Shown here: in pieces, positions 1-9,000 of the stretch | Numbering within the stretch: the first letter of the stretch is position 1 | Layout: each line of letters opens with the position of its first letter | Origin: Bacteroidaceae bacterium | GTDB taxonomy: Bacteria; Bacteroidota; Bacteroidia; Bacteroidales; Bacteroidaceae | Length of the DNA stretch: 50,887 nucleotides | Direction: 5' to 3' | Assembly: GCA_045628285.1 (NCBI GenBank) | Contig: JAZQPD010000067.1 | Location: forward strand, 1-50,887 | The notes under the pieces: generated by a model | What the model saw: only the letters and a program-made list of their open reading frames with translations | Told to the model about the DNA's origin: nothing | The model's database searches: none | Made by a program: the position numbers and the translations under genes

Positions 1-78
1 CTTGCTTTTCTTTATGTCAACTCTCGTCCTGAACTCCATGAATCTTGATTGTTTTACTTAAGTTTATCTTTTATTCAA

Positions 79-122
79 AACATTAATGACCGTTAATCTA
101 AACATTAATCAAACATTAATAT
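79..122 (+). repeat. Tandem array of four 11-nt units (AACATTAATCA-type), forward orientation
   Basis: aacattaatga|ccgttaatcta|aacattaatca|aacattaatat, with an exact 11-nt period. Confidence 0.8.
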
Positions 123-180
123 TATTATTTATGGCTGATGGCAATGTTTTATACATATCATAGGAAAAATATTTATTATA

Positions 181-218
181 TGTCTGATTAATGTTCAGAT
201 TAATGTCTGATTAATGTT
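181..218 (-). repeat. Same 11/12-nt unit array, reverse orientation (inverted partner of 79..122)
   Basis: tgtctgattaatgttcagattaatgtctgattaatgtt is the reverse complement of aacattaatcag|acattaatctg|aacattaatcagaca. Confidence 0.8.
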
Positions 219-255
219 AAAAAAAATATTTATGCAAATGCTAATGTTAAGTATT

Positions 256-867
256 TTAAAGTCTGACTGTCTTGATTCCGTCGTAGGTATTGATTCTCAT
301 GACTATACTGTCGCAGTCGGTGTAGTCCCTGAGGGACATGCTGAAGTACTTGTCCTCTGTGTACGACTCTGCATCTTTGGCATCCCGTTCGTGTAGGAAT
401 GTGAAGTATGCTATTGTCTGTCCCTGTTCGTCCTGCATTATCGTATCTTCTGCAAAGGCGTATTTGTGTCCTCCGTTTCCTGTGGTCATCAATCCGAGAT
501 GCATGTTAAGGTAGCCTCCGCTTTTCCACGAACTGACGAACTTCATCGGGTCAGTCGGGGTGGACTTGAACTTCCTTGCAGGGAGCGGATAGTCGGAAAA
601 TACTTCCTTGAGCGAGTACACGTTCAGTCTTCCGTTATCACTTACCTGATATGTGCACAAGCATCTCAGGACACTGTCGGCAACATTAGTCACAATGCTG
701 TGATTCAGTTTCCATCTTGTTCCGTCGTCGGTGATTATTGCGACGACATTCTTGTCGTCTCCGGTCTCTATCTCGACAAGGTCGGAGAGTACCGGAGGCA
801 CATTTCCTTCGTCATTCTTGTCACATGCCTGCAACAGCAGCATTGTGATTGCGAAGAGGATTGGCAT
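256..867 (-). CDS. NigD-like lipoprotein (family assignment tentative)
   Basis: ORF 256..987(-). The likely start is the internal Met at 865-867, giving MPILFAITMLLLQAC|DKND, a lipobox-like signal with Cys. The rest resembles Bacteroidales NigD-type lipoproteins from memory. The start is ambiguous (843, 867 or 951) and overlaps the 3' end of the upstream gene. Confidence 0.5.
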   Translation of the reverse strand: MPILFAITMLLLQACDKNDEGNVPPVLSDLVEIETGDDKNVVAIITDDGTRWKLNHSIVTNVADSVLRCLCTYQVSDNGRLNVYSLKEVFSDYPLPARKFKSTPTDPMKFVSSWKSGGYLNMHLGLMTTGNGGHKYAFAEDTIMQDEQGQTIAYFTFLHERDAKDAESYTEDKYFSMSLRDYTDCDSIVMRINTYDGIKTVRL

Positions 868-1957
868 ACATAGTAAGAAGCCTCTCGCGAAGGAAGTTCT
901 TGTCTGGGTTGTCGATGTTGATCTTCTTGAGTTGTTGTTCAATGTATTCATTTGAGGTCTTGAGTGCATATTTGTCGGAATTGTCAAGATAGCATAGTGC
1001 TTCTTCGTTTATTGGATAGATGCGGTAGTTCTTGTGGATTTCCTCGTCGAGATGTTTTGCCACGATGTCGATGAGTTCTGTCTTTGGAGTGTCAGGGTCG
1101 AGTGTGTCCAGCCATTCGTTTATGCAAGGTGCGGCATGATAGTGAACGTGTCCCTTCTTGCCGAATATGCCTGTCTTCATGTTGTTGAGGTCATCCTGCT
1201 TGCTCTTCCTGAAATCAGGATTGTCGCGCTTGTTCTGGAATTCCTCTGCCTTCAGGTAGTCGCATGGGTCGTATTCGTAGGAGATGGCGAGCGGGACGAT
1301 GTTGAGTTCCTTGAGGCTCTCTATCACCGAATTGCTCTTTCCTCCGAGACAGAGCATTTTCAGTACGCTGTCCTGAGTCCTGTCGTTGCTGTCTTTCGCG
1401 CGTCCTTCCCGCTGGGCAATCCACACGTTGCTTCTCTTTTCCTGAATGACATAATGGATGTATTCCGACATTTTCTTGGAAGCCATCAGCATCTGACGCA
1501 TTGTCAGGGATCTCTGTACGATGAACGAACGGTTCACCCTCACGAGGTTCCTTATCCAAGGGTGGATGAGGAGGTTGTCGCCTATGGCAATTTCTACCGT
1601 GTCCTGCTTGTGGTCAATGAGCAGAGCACTCAGGAAGGCAGAGTCGATGACTATGTCGCGGTGGTTGGAAATGAAGGTATATCCGGTAGAGAAGTCCAGC
1701 GAACTGAAGTCGGCATCGAGTCCGTCGCTTGTAGTGGCAGCAATCTTCATCACGAAATGATAGACGAGCCTCTGCATGAATTCCAGGTTTGTCTTGCATG
1801 TACGCATTACGGCTGCGAGTTGTTCGAATGGTGTCTCTGGAATGACCTCTGATATTACCTCCACGAATTTAGGGTCGGAGATGAGCGTATTGAACGCCTC
1901 TGGCAATTCTTCCGGCGAGAACGGTCTTATGTCGTCAAAATAATGTATGTCCTGCAT
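821..1957 (-). CDS. Acyltransferase, PlsC/lysophospholipid acyltransferase-type
   Basis: 378-aa ORF with the H-x4-D acyltransferase motif (NHRDIVID) and a downstream EGR-type block (IAQREGRAKD). Same strand as ddl and immediately downstream of it. Confidence 0.7.
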   Translation of the reverse strand: MQDIHYFDDIRPFSPEELPEAFNTLISDPKFVEVISEVIPETPFEQLAAVMRTCKTNLEFMQRLVYHFVMKIAATTSDGLDADFSSLDFSTGYTFISNHRDIVIDSAFLSALLIDHKQDTVEIAIGDNLLIHPWIRNLVRVNRSFIVQRSLTMRQMLMASKKMSEYIHYVIQEKRSNVWIAQREGRAKDSNDRTQDSVLKMLCLGGKSNSVIESLKELNIVPLAISYEYDPCDYLKAEEFQNKRDNPDFRKSKQDDLNNMKTGIFGKKGHVHYHAAPCINEWLDTLDPDTPKTELIDIVAKHLDEEIHKNYRIYPINEEALCYLDNSDKYALKTSNEYIEQQLKKINIDNPDKNFLRERLLTMYANPLRNHNAAVAGM

Positions 1958-1993
1958 CTGATTGTGAATTTATAGAAACCACCTTAAAGCTCC

Positions 1994-3022
1994 TTAATGT
2001 AGTTTTGAGGCAATCACTTCGTCGAGGATGTAACTCATCTCAAGTCCGTCGACCTTTGCCTGCTGTGGGATGAAACTGGTCGGGGTCATTCCCGGCGTGG
2101 CGTTGATTTCAAGGAGGTTGATAACGTCTACTGTCGGTACTTCGTTCTCGACGAGGATTCCGTGCTCATGAACCGACTTCGTGATGATGTAGTCGACTCT
2201 CATGATTCCGTTTCCTCCGAGAATAGTATAGATGGACTTGGTGAGCGACTTCACTCTGTTTGTGGTCTCAGGGCTGAGTCGTGCAGGAGTGATTTCCTCC
2301 ACCTGACCGTTGTATTTGGCATCGAAGTCGAAGAACTCGTTCTTGCTGACTACTTCCGTGACTGGCAGCACATGGATTTCTCCGTTGGCCTTGCGGAATA
2401 CTCCGTTGGCAATTTCCGTACCCTTCAGTTCGGCTTCAATCATCACTTCCCCGCCCTCTGTCCTTGCGAATTCAATGGCCTTCTGGATATCCTCCTTCCT
2501 TGCCACGCGGGAAACTCCGAAACTGCTTCCCGAACCGTTCGGCTTGATGAAACAGGGGAGTCCTACTCTCTTGACGACATCATCGTCGGTTATGTTCTGC
2601 CCTGCACGCAGGAGTATTGAGTCTGCCACCTTCACTCCGAAACGGCGGAGGTAGTGGTTGTTGGCGAACTTGTCGAACGTGAGTGCAGCAGTAAGCACGC
2701 TGCACGTAGAATAAGGTATTCCCAGCAATTCGAAATAGCCTTGGAGGATTCCGTTCTCTCCGGGAGTTCCGTGAATGGTGATGTAGGCAAAGTCGGGATT
2801 TATCTTCTCGTCGCCTTTCATGAACGAGAAGTCATGACGGTTCACCGGAGAGAGTGTGCCGTCCTCAAGGATTGCGTTCCACTCCAGACCTCTCGTTTCA
2901 ATGGTATACACCTCGTACTTGTCCCTGTCGAGCCAGGAACTGATGCCGGCAGCGCTTTTCATCGACACATCATGCTCTGATGAGTCACCGCCAGCAACTA
3001 TTGCAATGATTTTCTTAGTCAT
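1994..3022 (-). CDS. ddl: D-alanine--D-alanine ligase
   Basis: Translation from ATG 3020-3022 starts MTKKIIAIVAGGDSSEHDVS. It has ATP-grasp blocks (GENGILQGYFELLGIPY, KPNGSGSSFGVS, EINATPGMT) typical of Ddl. The upstream Met at 3046 was rejected as the start. Confidence 0.9.
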   Translation of the reverse strand: MTKKIIAIVAGGDSSEHDVSMKSAAGISSWLDRDKYEVYTIETRGLEWNAILEDGTLSPVNRHDFSFMKGDEKINPDFAYITIHGTPGENGILQGYFELLGIPYSTCSVLTAALTFDKFANNHYLRRFGVKVADSILLRAGQNITDDDVVKRVGLPCFIKPNGSGSSFGVSRVARKEDIQKAIEFARTEGGEVMIEAELKGTEIANGVFRKANGEIHVLPVTEVVSKNEFFDFDAKYNGQVEEITPARLSPETTNRVKSLTKSIYTILGGNGIMRVDYIITKSVHEHGILVENEVPTVDVINLLEINATPGMTPTSFIPQQAKVDGLEMSYILDEVIASKLH

Positions 3023-3034
3023 ATTATTTTTTAT

Positions 3035-3080
3035 AACATTAATCAAACATTAATCTGAACATTAATCAGACATTAATATT
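3035..3080 (+). repeat. Array of four 11/12-nt AACATTAATCA-type units, forward orientation
   Basis: aacattaatca|aacattaatctg|aacattaatcag|acattaatatt. Lies between the ddl start and the 3' end of the GxxExxY gene and overlaps that gene's stop. Confidence 0.85.
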
Positions 3081-3565
3081 TTTATCAAATGTTCATTTGA
3101 AACAGCAGTCTCCAATAATTTATCATAGTCAACATCATATACTGGATTCATTTCTCTATCAATTAAAAAACATTTGTTAGTTTTATCGTCTAATGCCCAT
3201 CGTTCACAAATCAAATCCTCCTCTCCAAAATTAATTAACAATCCAATAGGCTTGCGCGTCACCCTTAAATAATTGCATAATTGAGCACGATGTGCAGGTA
3301 TGATACGTGAAACGGATTTAAGTTCAACTATAATGTCATTGTTTACCACAATGTCCATTTTATATTGTTTGCTGAGTTTTTGTCTTTTGTAGAATATATC
3401 AACGGGTTCTTCTCTATTGCTTGTTATTCCCCTTGAAGTGAGTTCCACATTAAGTGCTTCTTGATATACAGGTTCAAGCAATCCCCAGTTTAGTTCTCGA
3501 TGTACGGCCATTGCCGCACCGATTATTTCGTAGACCAATTTTGCATATTGCTTATGTATATTCAT
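3062..3565 (-). CDS. GxxExxY protein (PD-(D/E)XK nuclease superfamily)
   Basis: 167-aa ORF with a literal GxxExxY motif (G-LL-E-PV-Y in HRELNWGLLEPVYQEAL) and a VELK-type block (DIIVELKSV). Visibly AT-rich. The last codons and the stop lie inside the flanking repeat array. Confidence 0.8.
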   Translation of the reverse strand: MNIHKQYAKLVYEIIGAAMAVHRELNWGLLEPVYQEALNVELTSRGITSNREEPVDIFYKRQKLSKQYKMDIVVNNDIIVELKSVSRIIPAHRAQLCNYLRVTRKPIGLLINFGEEDLICERWALDDKTNKCFLIDREMNPVYDVDYDKLLETAVSNEHLIKILMSD

Positions 3566-3573
3566 TGTTCAAG

Positions 3574-3619
3574 AATATTAATGTTTGATTAATGTTTTAA
3601 TTAATGTCTGATTAATGTT
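3574..3619 (-). repeat. Array of four 11/12-nt units, reverse orientation (inverted partner of 3035..3080)
   Basis: aatattaatgtt|tgattaatgtt|ttaattaatgt|ctgattaatgtt. It abuts the rluD stop codon (3619-3621). Confidence 0.85.
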
Positions 3620-4680
3620 TAAAATAAATCACCATTATATTTTCTCCATTTGTCGAGCAGGGCGGTCATGTCGGCTGGGATTTCGGAATCGAACATCATC
3701 TCCCTCTTGGTGCGAGGATGAACGAATCCCAATGTTCTGGCATGAAGAGCCTGACGCGGACAGACCTTCATGCAGTTGTCCACAAACTGCTTGTACTTGC
3801 TCGAGGTGGTTCCCTTGAGGATTATGTCTCCGCCATATCGCTCGTCGTTGAAGAGCGTGTGACCGATGTGCTTCATGTGAACCCTTATCTGATGGGTCCT
3901 GCCCGTCTCGAGCACACATTTCAAAAGTGTGACGTACCCGAACCTCTCTCTGACGTAATAATGTGTGACTGCATGTTTGCCAATCTCCGAATCAGGGTCG
4001 AAGACTGCCATCTGCATCCTGTCCTTGGGATTGCGGGCGATATTCCCGATGATCGTCCCCTCGTCGGTATCGAAGTTGCCCCATACGAGGGCGTTGTACT
4101 CGCGCTTCGTAGTCTTGTTGAAGAACTGCTTGCCGAGATGGGTCTTTGCATCAGCCGTCTTTGCCACTACCAACAGCCCGCTTGTGTCCTTGTCGATTCT
4201 GTGGACGAGTCCTATCTCCGGATTATTGATGTCGAACTGCGGATGGTCCTTCAGGTGCCAGGCAATGGCATTGAGCATCGTCCCGTGCCAGTTTCCGAAT
4301 CCTGGATGCACCACCATTCCTGCCGGCTTGTTCACCACCATGAGGTCGTCGTCCTCATAGACTACGTCGAGCGGAATTTCCTCAGGCTCAATCTTGTTCT
4401 CGTAGTGGGGCCTGTCGAGCATAATCCTGATGACGTCTCCCGGTTTCACCTTGTAGCTTCGCTTCACAGGCTTGTCGTTGCAGACGATGAAACCGGCATC
4501 AGCGGCTTTCTGAATCCTGTTGCGGGAGGTGTCCTTCAGGTGGTCGATGAGGAACTTGTCGATTCGCTCCAGTTTCTGCCCCTTGTCGGCAACTATCCTG
4601 AAATGCTCATACAGTTGCGCCGACTCCTCGTCTTCATCTTCCGCCTCGGAGTCGATGTATATTTCTTCAAGGTCTGCCAT
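3619..4680 (-). CDS. rluD: 23S rRNA pseudouridine synthase, RluD family
   Basis: 353 aa. N-terminal S4-like region and the catalytic HRIDKDTSGLLVVAK motif, plus the GRTHQIRVH block. The start overlaps the PASTA gene stop by 1 nt (TAATG). Confidence 0.9.
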   Translation of the reverse strand: MADLEEIYIDSEAEDEDEESAQLYEHFRIVADKGQKLERIDKFLIDHLKDTSRNRIQKAADAGFIVCNDKPVKRSYKVKPGDVIRIMLDRPHYENKIEPEEIPLDVVYEDDDLMVVNKPAGMVVHPGFGNWHGTMLNAIAWHLKDHPQFDINNPEIGLVHRIDKDTSGLLVVAKTADAKTHLGKQFFNKTTKREYNALVWGNFDTDEGTIIGNIARNPKDRMQMAVFDPDSEIGKHAVTHYYVRERFGYVTLLKCVLETGRTHQIRVHMKHIGHTLFNDERYGGDIILKGTTSSKYKQFVDNCMKVCPRQALHARTLGFVHPRTKREMMFDSEIPADMTALLDKWRKYNGDLF

Positions 4681-5339
4681 TACAGTGCTATGTCAAATTT
4701 GTTCCGCTGAATCTCTGCAGTGTCAGCCATGAATTCCCTGTTGGCCTCATAGAAGGAATCCACGTCGAGCGAGTCGATGAAATCTTCTTCCAAACCGCCC
4801 CCACAGACTATTGTCAGCGGCTTTTCCTTGTTCACGTTTTGTCCGGCAAGAATTTCTCTGCTGCCTTGCTTGATGGCAATCACGAGGTCCTTTGGCCGGC
4901 CGGCAATCATTACTGGTGCGGTGAGTCTGAATCCCATGTCTTGCAGGATTACCTCTGCCTGGCGCCTTGAACTGTTTCCTGCAAGGTCGGGCAGTTTCAC
5001 CATTGGGGCACCATGGAGGTTGATGGTGAGGTGGATCAGGTGTCCGCTCTTAACTATTGCTCCGGCCTTCGGGTTCTGGTCGAGTACACAGCCCGGTCTT
5101 GTACCTTTCCTGTACACAGAGTCGGTCACCACAGGTTCCAGTCCCGCCTTCTCAAGCAGTCGGATGGCTTTCATGTCATTCTCACCTACCACCATAGGCA
5201 CATTGATTTTCTCTCCATGATGGGTGTACCCGTCGAGTGTGAAATATATTACGACCGGTATTGCAACCACTATTGAGATAGCGAGAATCACGTTCAGCCA
5301 GAAAAGGCATCCGGTCTTACCAGAGAAATATTGTTTCAT
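4680..5339 (-). CDS. PASTA domain-containing membrane protein
   Basis: 219 aa. One N-terminal TM helix (CLFWLNVILAISIVVAIPVVIYF) followed by repeated PASTA-like units (VPMVVGEN..A...L...GL ; KLPDLAGNS..QA...L...GF). Confidence 0.75.
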   Translation of the reverse strand: MKQYFSGKTGCLFWLNVILAISIVVAIPVVIYFTLDGYTHHGEKINVPMVVGENDMKAIRLLEKAGLEPVVTDSVYRKGTRPGCVLDQNPKAGAIVKSGHLIHLTINLHGAPMVKLPDLAGNSSRRQAEVILQDMGFRLTAPVMIAGRPKDLVIAIKQGSREILAGQNVNKEKPLTIVCGGGLEEDFIDSLDVDSFYEANREFMADTAEIQRNKFDIAL

Positions 5340-5368
5340 AATTCAGTCCTAACATTATTTGCAGTTGC

Positions 5369-5376
5369 AAAATTAC
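5369..5376 (-). promoter_or_regulatory. Putative Bacteroidetes -7 box (TAATTTTG) for the PASTA-rluD-...-ddl operon
   Basis: Matches the TAnnTTTG consensus and lies ~30 nt upstream of ATG 5339. Confidence 0.45.
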
Positions 5377-5454
5377 ACAAAAAAAATGACAATTATCCAT
5401 CCGATGTTGTTTTATTTTCCAAGTGATGATAAAATTTTACACCGCCAATATGCC

Positions 5455-5484
5455 ACTCCAAGACGCAAGGTTTTACTGCTGACA
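5455..5484 (+). repeat. Dispersed repeat, degenerate copy (CCAAGACGCAAGGTTTTACTGCTGACA)
   Basis: Aligns by eye with copy 5624..5664. Confidence 0.5.
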
Positions 5485-5623
5485 CAATTTGCGACAAGCT
5501 TGTATAAGTTTTTAATTCAACTTTCGCTTTGTATATTAAAACATTAATGGCCGTAGTGCCCGAAGAATGTTGAAATAAAATAATGTAAATCAATAGCATA
5601 CAAACTCGAGAAACTTGAATCAA

Positions 5624-5664
5624 TTGACTTCAAGACACAGCGTTTTACTGGTGACCCAAGGTGG
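5624..5664 (+). repeat. Dispersed repeat copy (TTGACTTCAAGACACAGCGTTTTACTGGTGACCC...)
   Basis: About 30 of the first 34 nt match the reverse complement of 35591..35624. Confidence 0.7.
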
Positions 5665-5816
5665 AGTTATGTTTTTTGTAAACTTTTGGGAACAATATGT
5701 CAGTTGGACCATCATGCAGACGGTCATTTCGGCTGTTGTTGCTTTCAATTTGTAAAGTGAAATGTTAAAAAGTGAATTTTTATTAAAAGATGTTTCCGTT
5801 GTGTTAAAATTTTTTG

Positions 5817-5824
5817 TATTTTTG
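5817..5824 (+). promoter_or_regulatory. Putative -7 box (TATTTTTG) for the susC operon
   Basis: Matches TAnnTTTG. It lies ~180 nt upstream of ATG 6006, which implies a long leader. Confidence 0.3.
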
Positions 5825-6005
5825 CGTGCTTTTATAGATAAATAAGGTGAATGAAGTGCAAATAAGGGAGTTCCGGGATTTCGGGATGCGGGCATGATTT
5901 TCACTTTTATCTCAGTTGCTGAGACGGAGGGATGAGAAAGCTTTTCTGAAGGAATAATCAGAGACTAATTTATATTTATTTATTAATTTTTAAAAACTTT
6001 AAAGA

Positions 6006-9000
6006 ATGGGAAAAAAATTATGGTTGTTCATTGCTTGCACATTACTCTCTGCAAGTATGGCATTCGCCCAGAAGACAGTAACCGGTAAGGTTATTGAGGC
6101 TGCTACGGGTGAACCTGTAATTGGAGCATCTGTAAAAGTTGAAGGCACATCAGTTGGTCAGGCGACCGACCTCAATGGCCAATTCACTATTCAGAATGTT
6201 CCTAGTTCAGCTAAGAACCTTGTGGTTTCTTATGTAGGTCTTAAGACAAAGGTTGTTCCTATCAAGAACAATCAGAACATTTTCATGGAGACCCTCTCAC
6301 AAGCATTGGATCAGGTGTTTGTTGTAGCCTATGGAACTGCAACAAAGGAGACATTTACCGGTGCGGCATCTCACATTGAAGCAGAGGCAATTCAGGACCG
6401 TCAGATATCAAATATCACTAATGCCCTCGCAGGTAACGTGGCTGGTGTGACTTCATACAAGTCAAACGGTCAGCCTGGTACAGGTTCTTCTATCTACATC
6501 CGCGGATTCGGCTCACTCAATGCAGGAATGAGTCCATTGTATGTGGTCAACGGAGTTCCTTACGATGGTGACATCTCAGCCATCAACCCTCAGGACATCG
6601 AACAGATTTCAGTTCAGAAGGACGCTGCCGCTACGGCACTTTATGGTTCACGTGCTGCAAACGGTGTCATCCTCGTTACTACAAAGAAGGGTGTGAAGAA
6701 TCAGGCAGCAAAGATTACATTCGATGCAAGTCTTGGTAGCAACTCCCGCGAAATCAAGAACTACGATGTCATTTCAAATCCGGCAGAGTTCATGGAGACT
6801 TTGTACAAGGCAGAGTTCAACGATGCACGCTACACTCTCGGCTACACTGCTCCATATGCCAATGCATATGCAAACGGAAAGTTCACCAGCGCACTCGGTT
6901 ATCCTGTCTACACAACTCCTGCAGGCGAGAGCCTCATCGGTCTGGACGGTAGGATTAATCCTAATGCCACTCTCGGATACAATGACGGCACAAACTACTA
7001 CCTTGCTGACGACTGGGCAGACGAAATGATCAAGAACGGTTTCCGCCAGGAATACAACATCGGAATCAGTGGCGGTACTGACAACATGAACTACTATGTA
7101 AGTGCCGGTTACCTCAACGACGATGGTGTCATCAAGCACTCAAGTTTCGAACGTATCACAACCCGTGCCGACATTGACTATCAGCTTAAGAAGTGGTTGA
7201 AGATAGGTACCAACCTCGCCTATACAAACAGCATCAGCAACTATCCAGACGATCAGCTTGAAACTACTTCTTCTGTCAATACATTCTATATAGCAAACAA
7301 CATCGCACCAATTTATCCGCTCTATGTCCGCAACGCAGACGGAACCATTGCTCAGAGCCATGGCCAGCCAGTTTACGACTATGGTGATGGAAAGTACACT
7401 CCATATACCCGTAACTGGATGTCAATCAGTAACCCTTTAGGTGACCTTGTAAACCGTAACGAAGCATACAAGATGGATATCTTCAATGCACAGTGGTATG
7501 CAACCGTAACTCCATTGCAGGGACTTGACATTACTGCACGCCTTGGCCTTCACATCGACAATACCCGTTACGACTATGCAAGCAGCCCTTATTTCGGACA
7601 GGCTGCCAGCTATGGTGGTGAGGCAATGCAGGAACACATCCGCGACTACTCCCTTACCCAGCAGTATCTTGCCAACTACAAGCACCAGTTTGCCGAACTT
7701 CACAGTGTCGCCATCCTCGCAGGTTACGAGAGTACAGAGACCAATGAAGAATGGAGCGAAGCATACGGTTCGAATCTCTATAAGGTAGGTGACTACACGG
7801 TGAACAATGCAATCGACGAGCGCCGCGGTTATGGTGGCTACGGTGAATCCGCATTCCAGAAGGTTCTCGCTAAGGTTAACTATGACTACGATGAGAAATA
7901 CTTCGGAAGCATCAGTTGGGTTCGTGAAGGTTGCTCATATTTCCACCCGGACAACCGTTGGGGTAGTTTCTGGTCAGCATCTGCTGCATGGAACCTCGGC
8001 AAGGAGCAGTTCCTCGAAAATGTTGGATGGATTGACTTCCTCAAGCTCCGTGCATCATTCGGACAGACAGGTAACGCAAGCATCGGAAATTCATATGCAT
8101 ACTTAGACCAGTACTCTGTAACCGGTGCTGACGGTGTATTCTCTGACGGAACCCTTGCATATAAGGGAAACAAGGAACTCACATGGGAAAAGACAAACGC
8201 ATTTGACATCGGTTTCGACTTTGAATTCTTCAATGGCAAGCTCTCAGGATCCATCGAATACTTCAACCGCACATCGAAGGACATGCTCTACAACAAGCCT
8301 GTTGCTCCATCAAACGGTTATTCATCGATACCAATGAACATCGGTTCAATGCGCAACTACGGTCTTGAAATCGACCTCACATCCAACCTCATCAACCAGT
8401 CAAACTTCTTCTGGTCAGTTAGCGCAAATGCTACATTCCTCAAGAACAAGGTTGTTGAACTTGCTCCAGAACTTAAGGGACAGCTCATCAGTGGTGACTA
8501 TATTTACAATGAAGGTGAATCAAGATATCAGATGTATCTCGTGAAGTATGCAGGTGTAGACAAGACTACAGGTCAGGCTCTCTACTGGGCTAAGCCGAAA
8601 GTTACTGTGACAGACCCTGAAACCGGCGAGGAGACTTCCAAGTACGAAGGTGAAGAATATACTACCACAGACTGGACTACAGCAAATGCAAGCAACCGTC
8701 AGAGTACAGGCGACATCCTTCCTACAATGACTGGAGGTTTCGGAACTACATTGAAATATCACGGCTTTGACTTTGCTATCCAGTGTTCTTATCAGCTCGG
8801 TGGCAAAATATATGACAGTGGCTACCAGAGCCTGATGCACGGTGGTTCAACAAGTGATATCGGTCAGACCTGGCATAAGGATATTGCTGGTGCATGGACT
8901 CCGGAAAACAGCAATACAGACATCCCTCGCCTTTGTGTTTCCGACAAATATACAAATTCAAAGAGTGACCGTTGGCTGATTTCTTCCAACTATCTCTCAC

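Noticed and set aside
1-39. Possible 5' end of a minus-strand gene (ATG at 37-39 reading MEFRTRVDIKKSK...) running off the window
   Set aside because: Only 13 codons are visible, so neither coding status nor product can be supported.
1034-1852. 272-aa plus-strand ORF
   Set aside because: It is antisense to the acyltransferase gene and has no motifs, so it is a shadow ORF.
3718-4710. 330-aa plus-strand ORF
   Set aside because: It is entirely antisense to the well-supported rluD gene. The translation is low-complexity with no recognisable motifs, so it is a shadow ORF.
5359-5904. Small ORFs (62, 76 and 94 aa) in the PASTA-susC intergenic region
   Set aside because: The translations are AT-rich and low-complexity. 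They overlap the promoter, leader and repeat elements and show no signal peptide or domain features.
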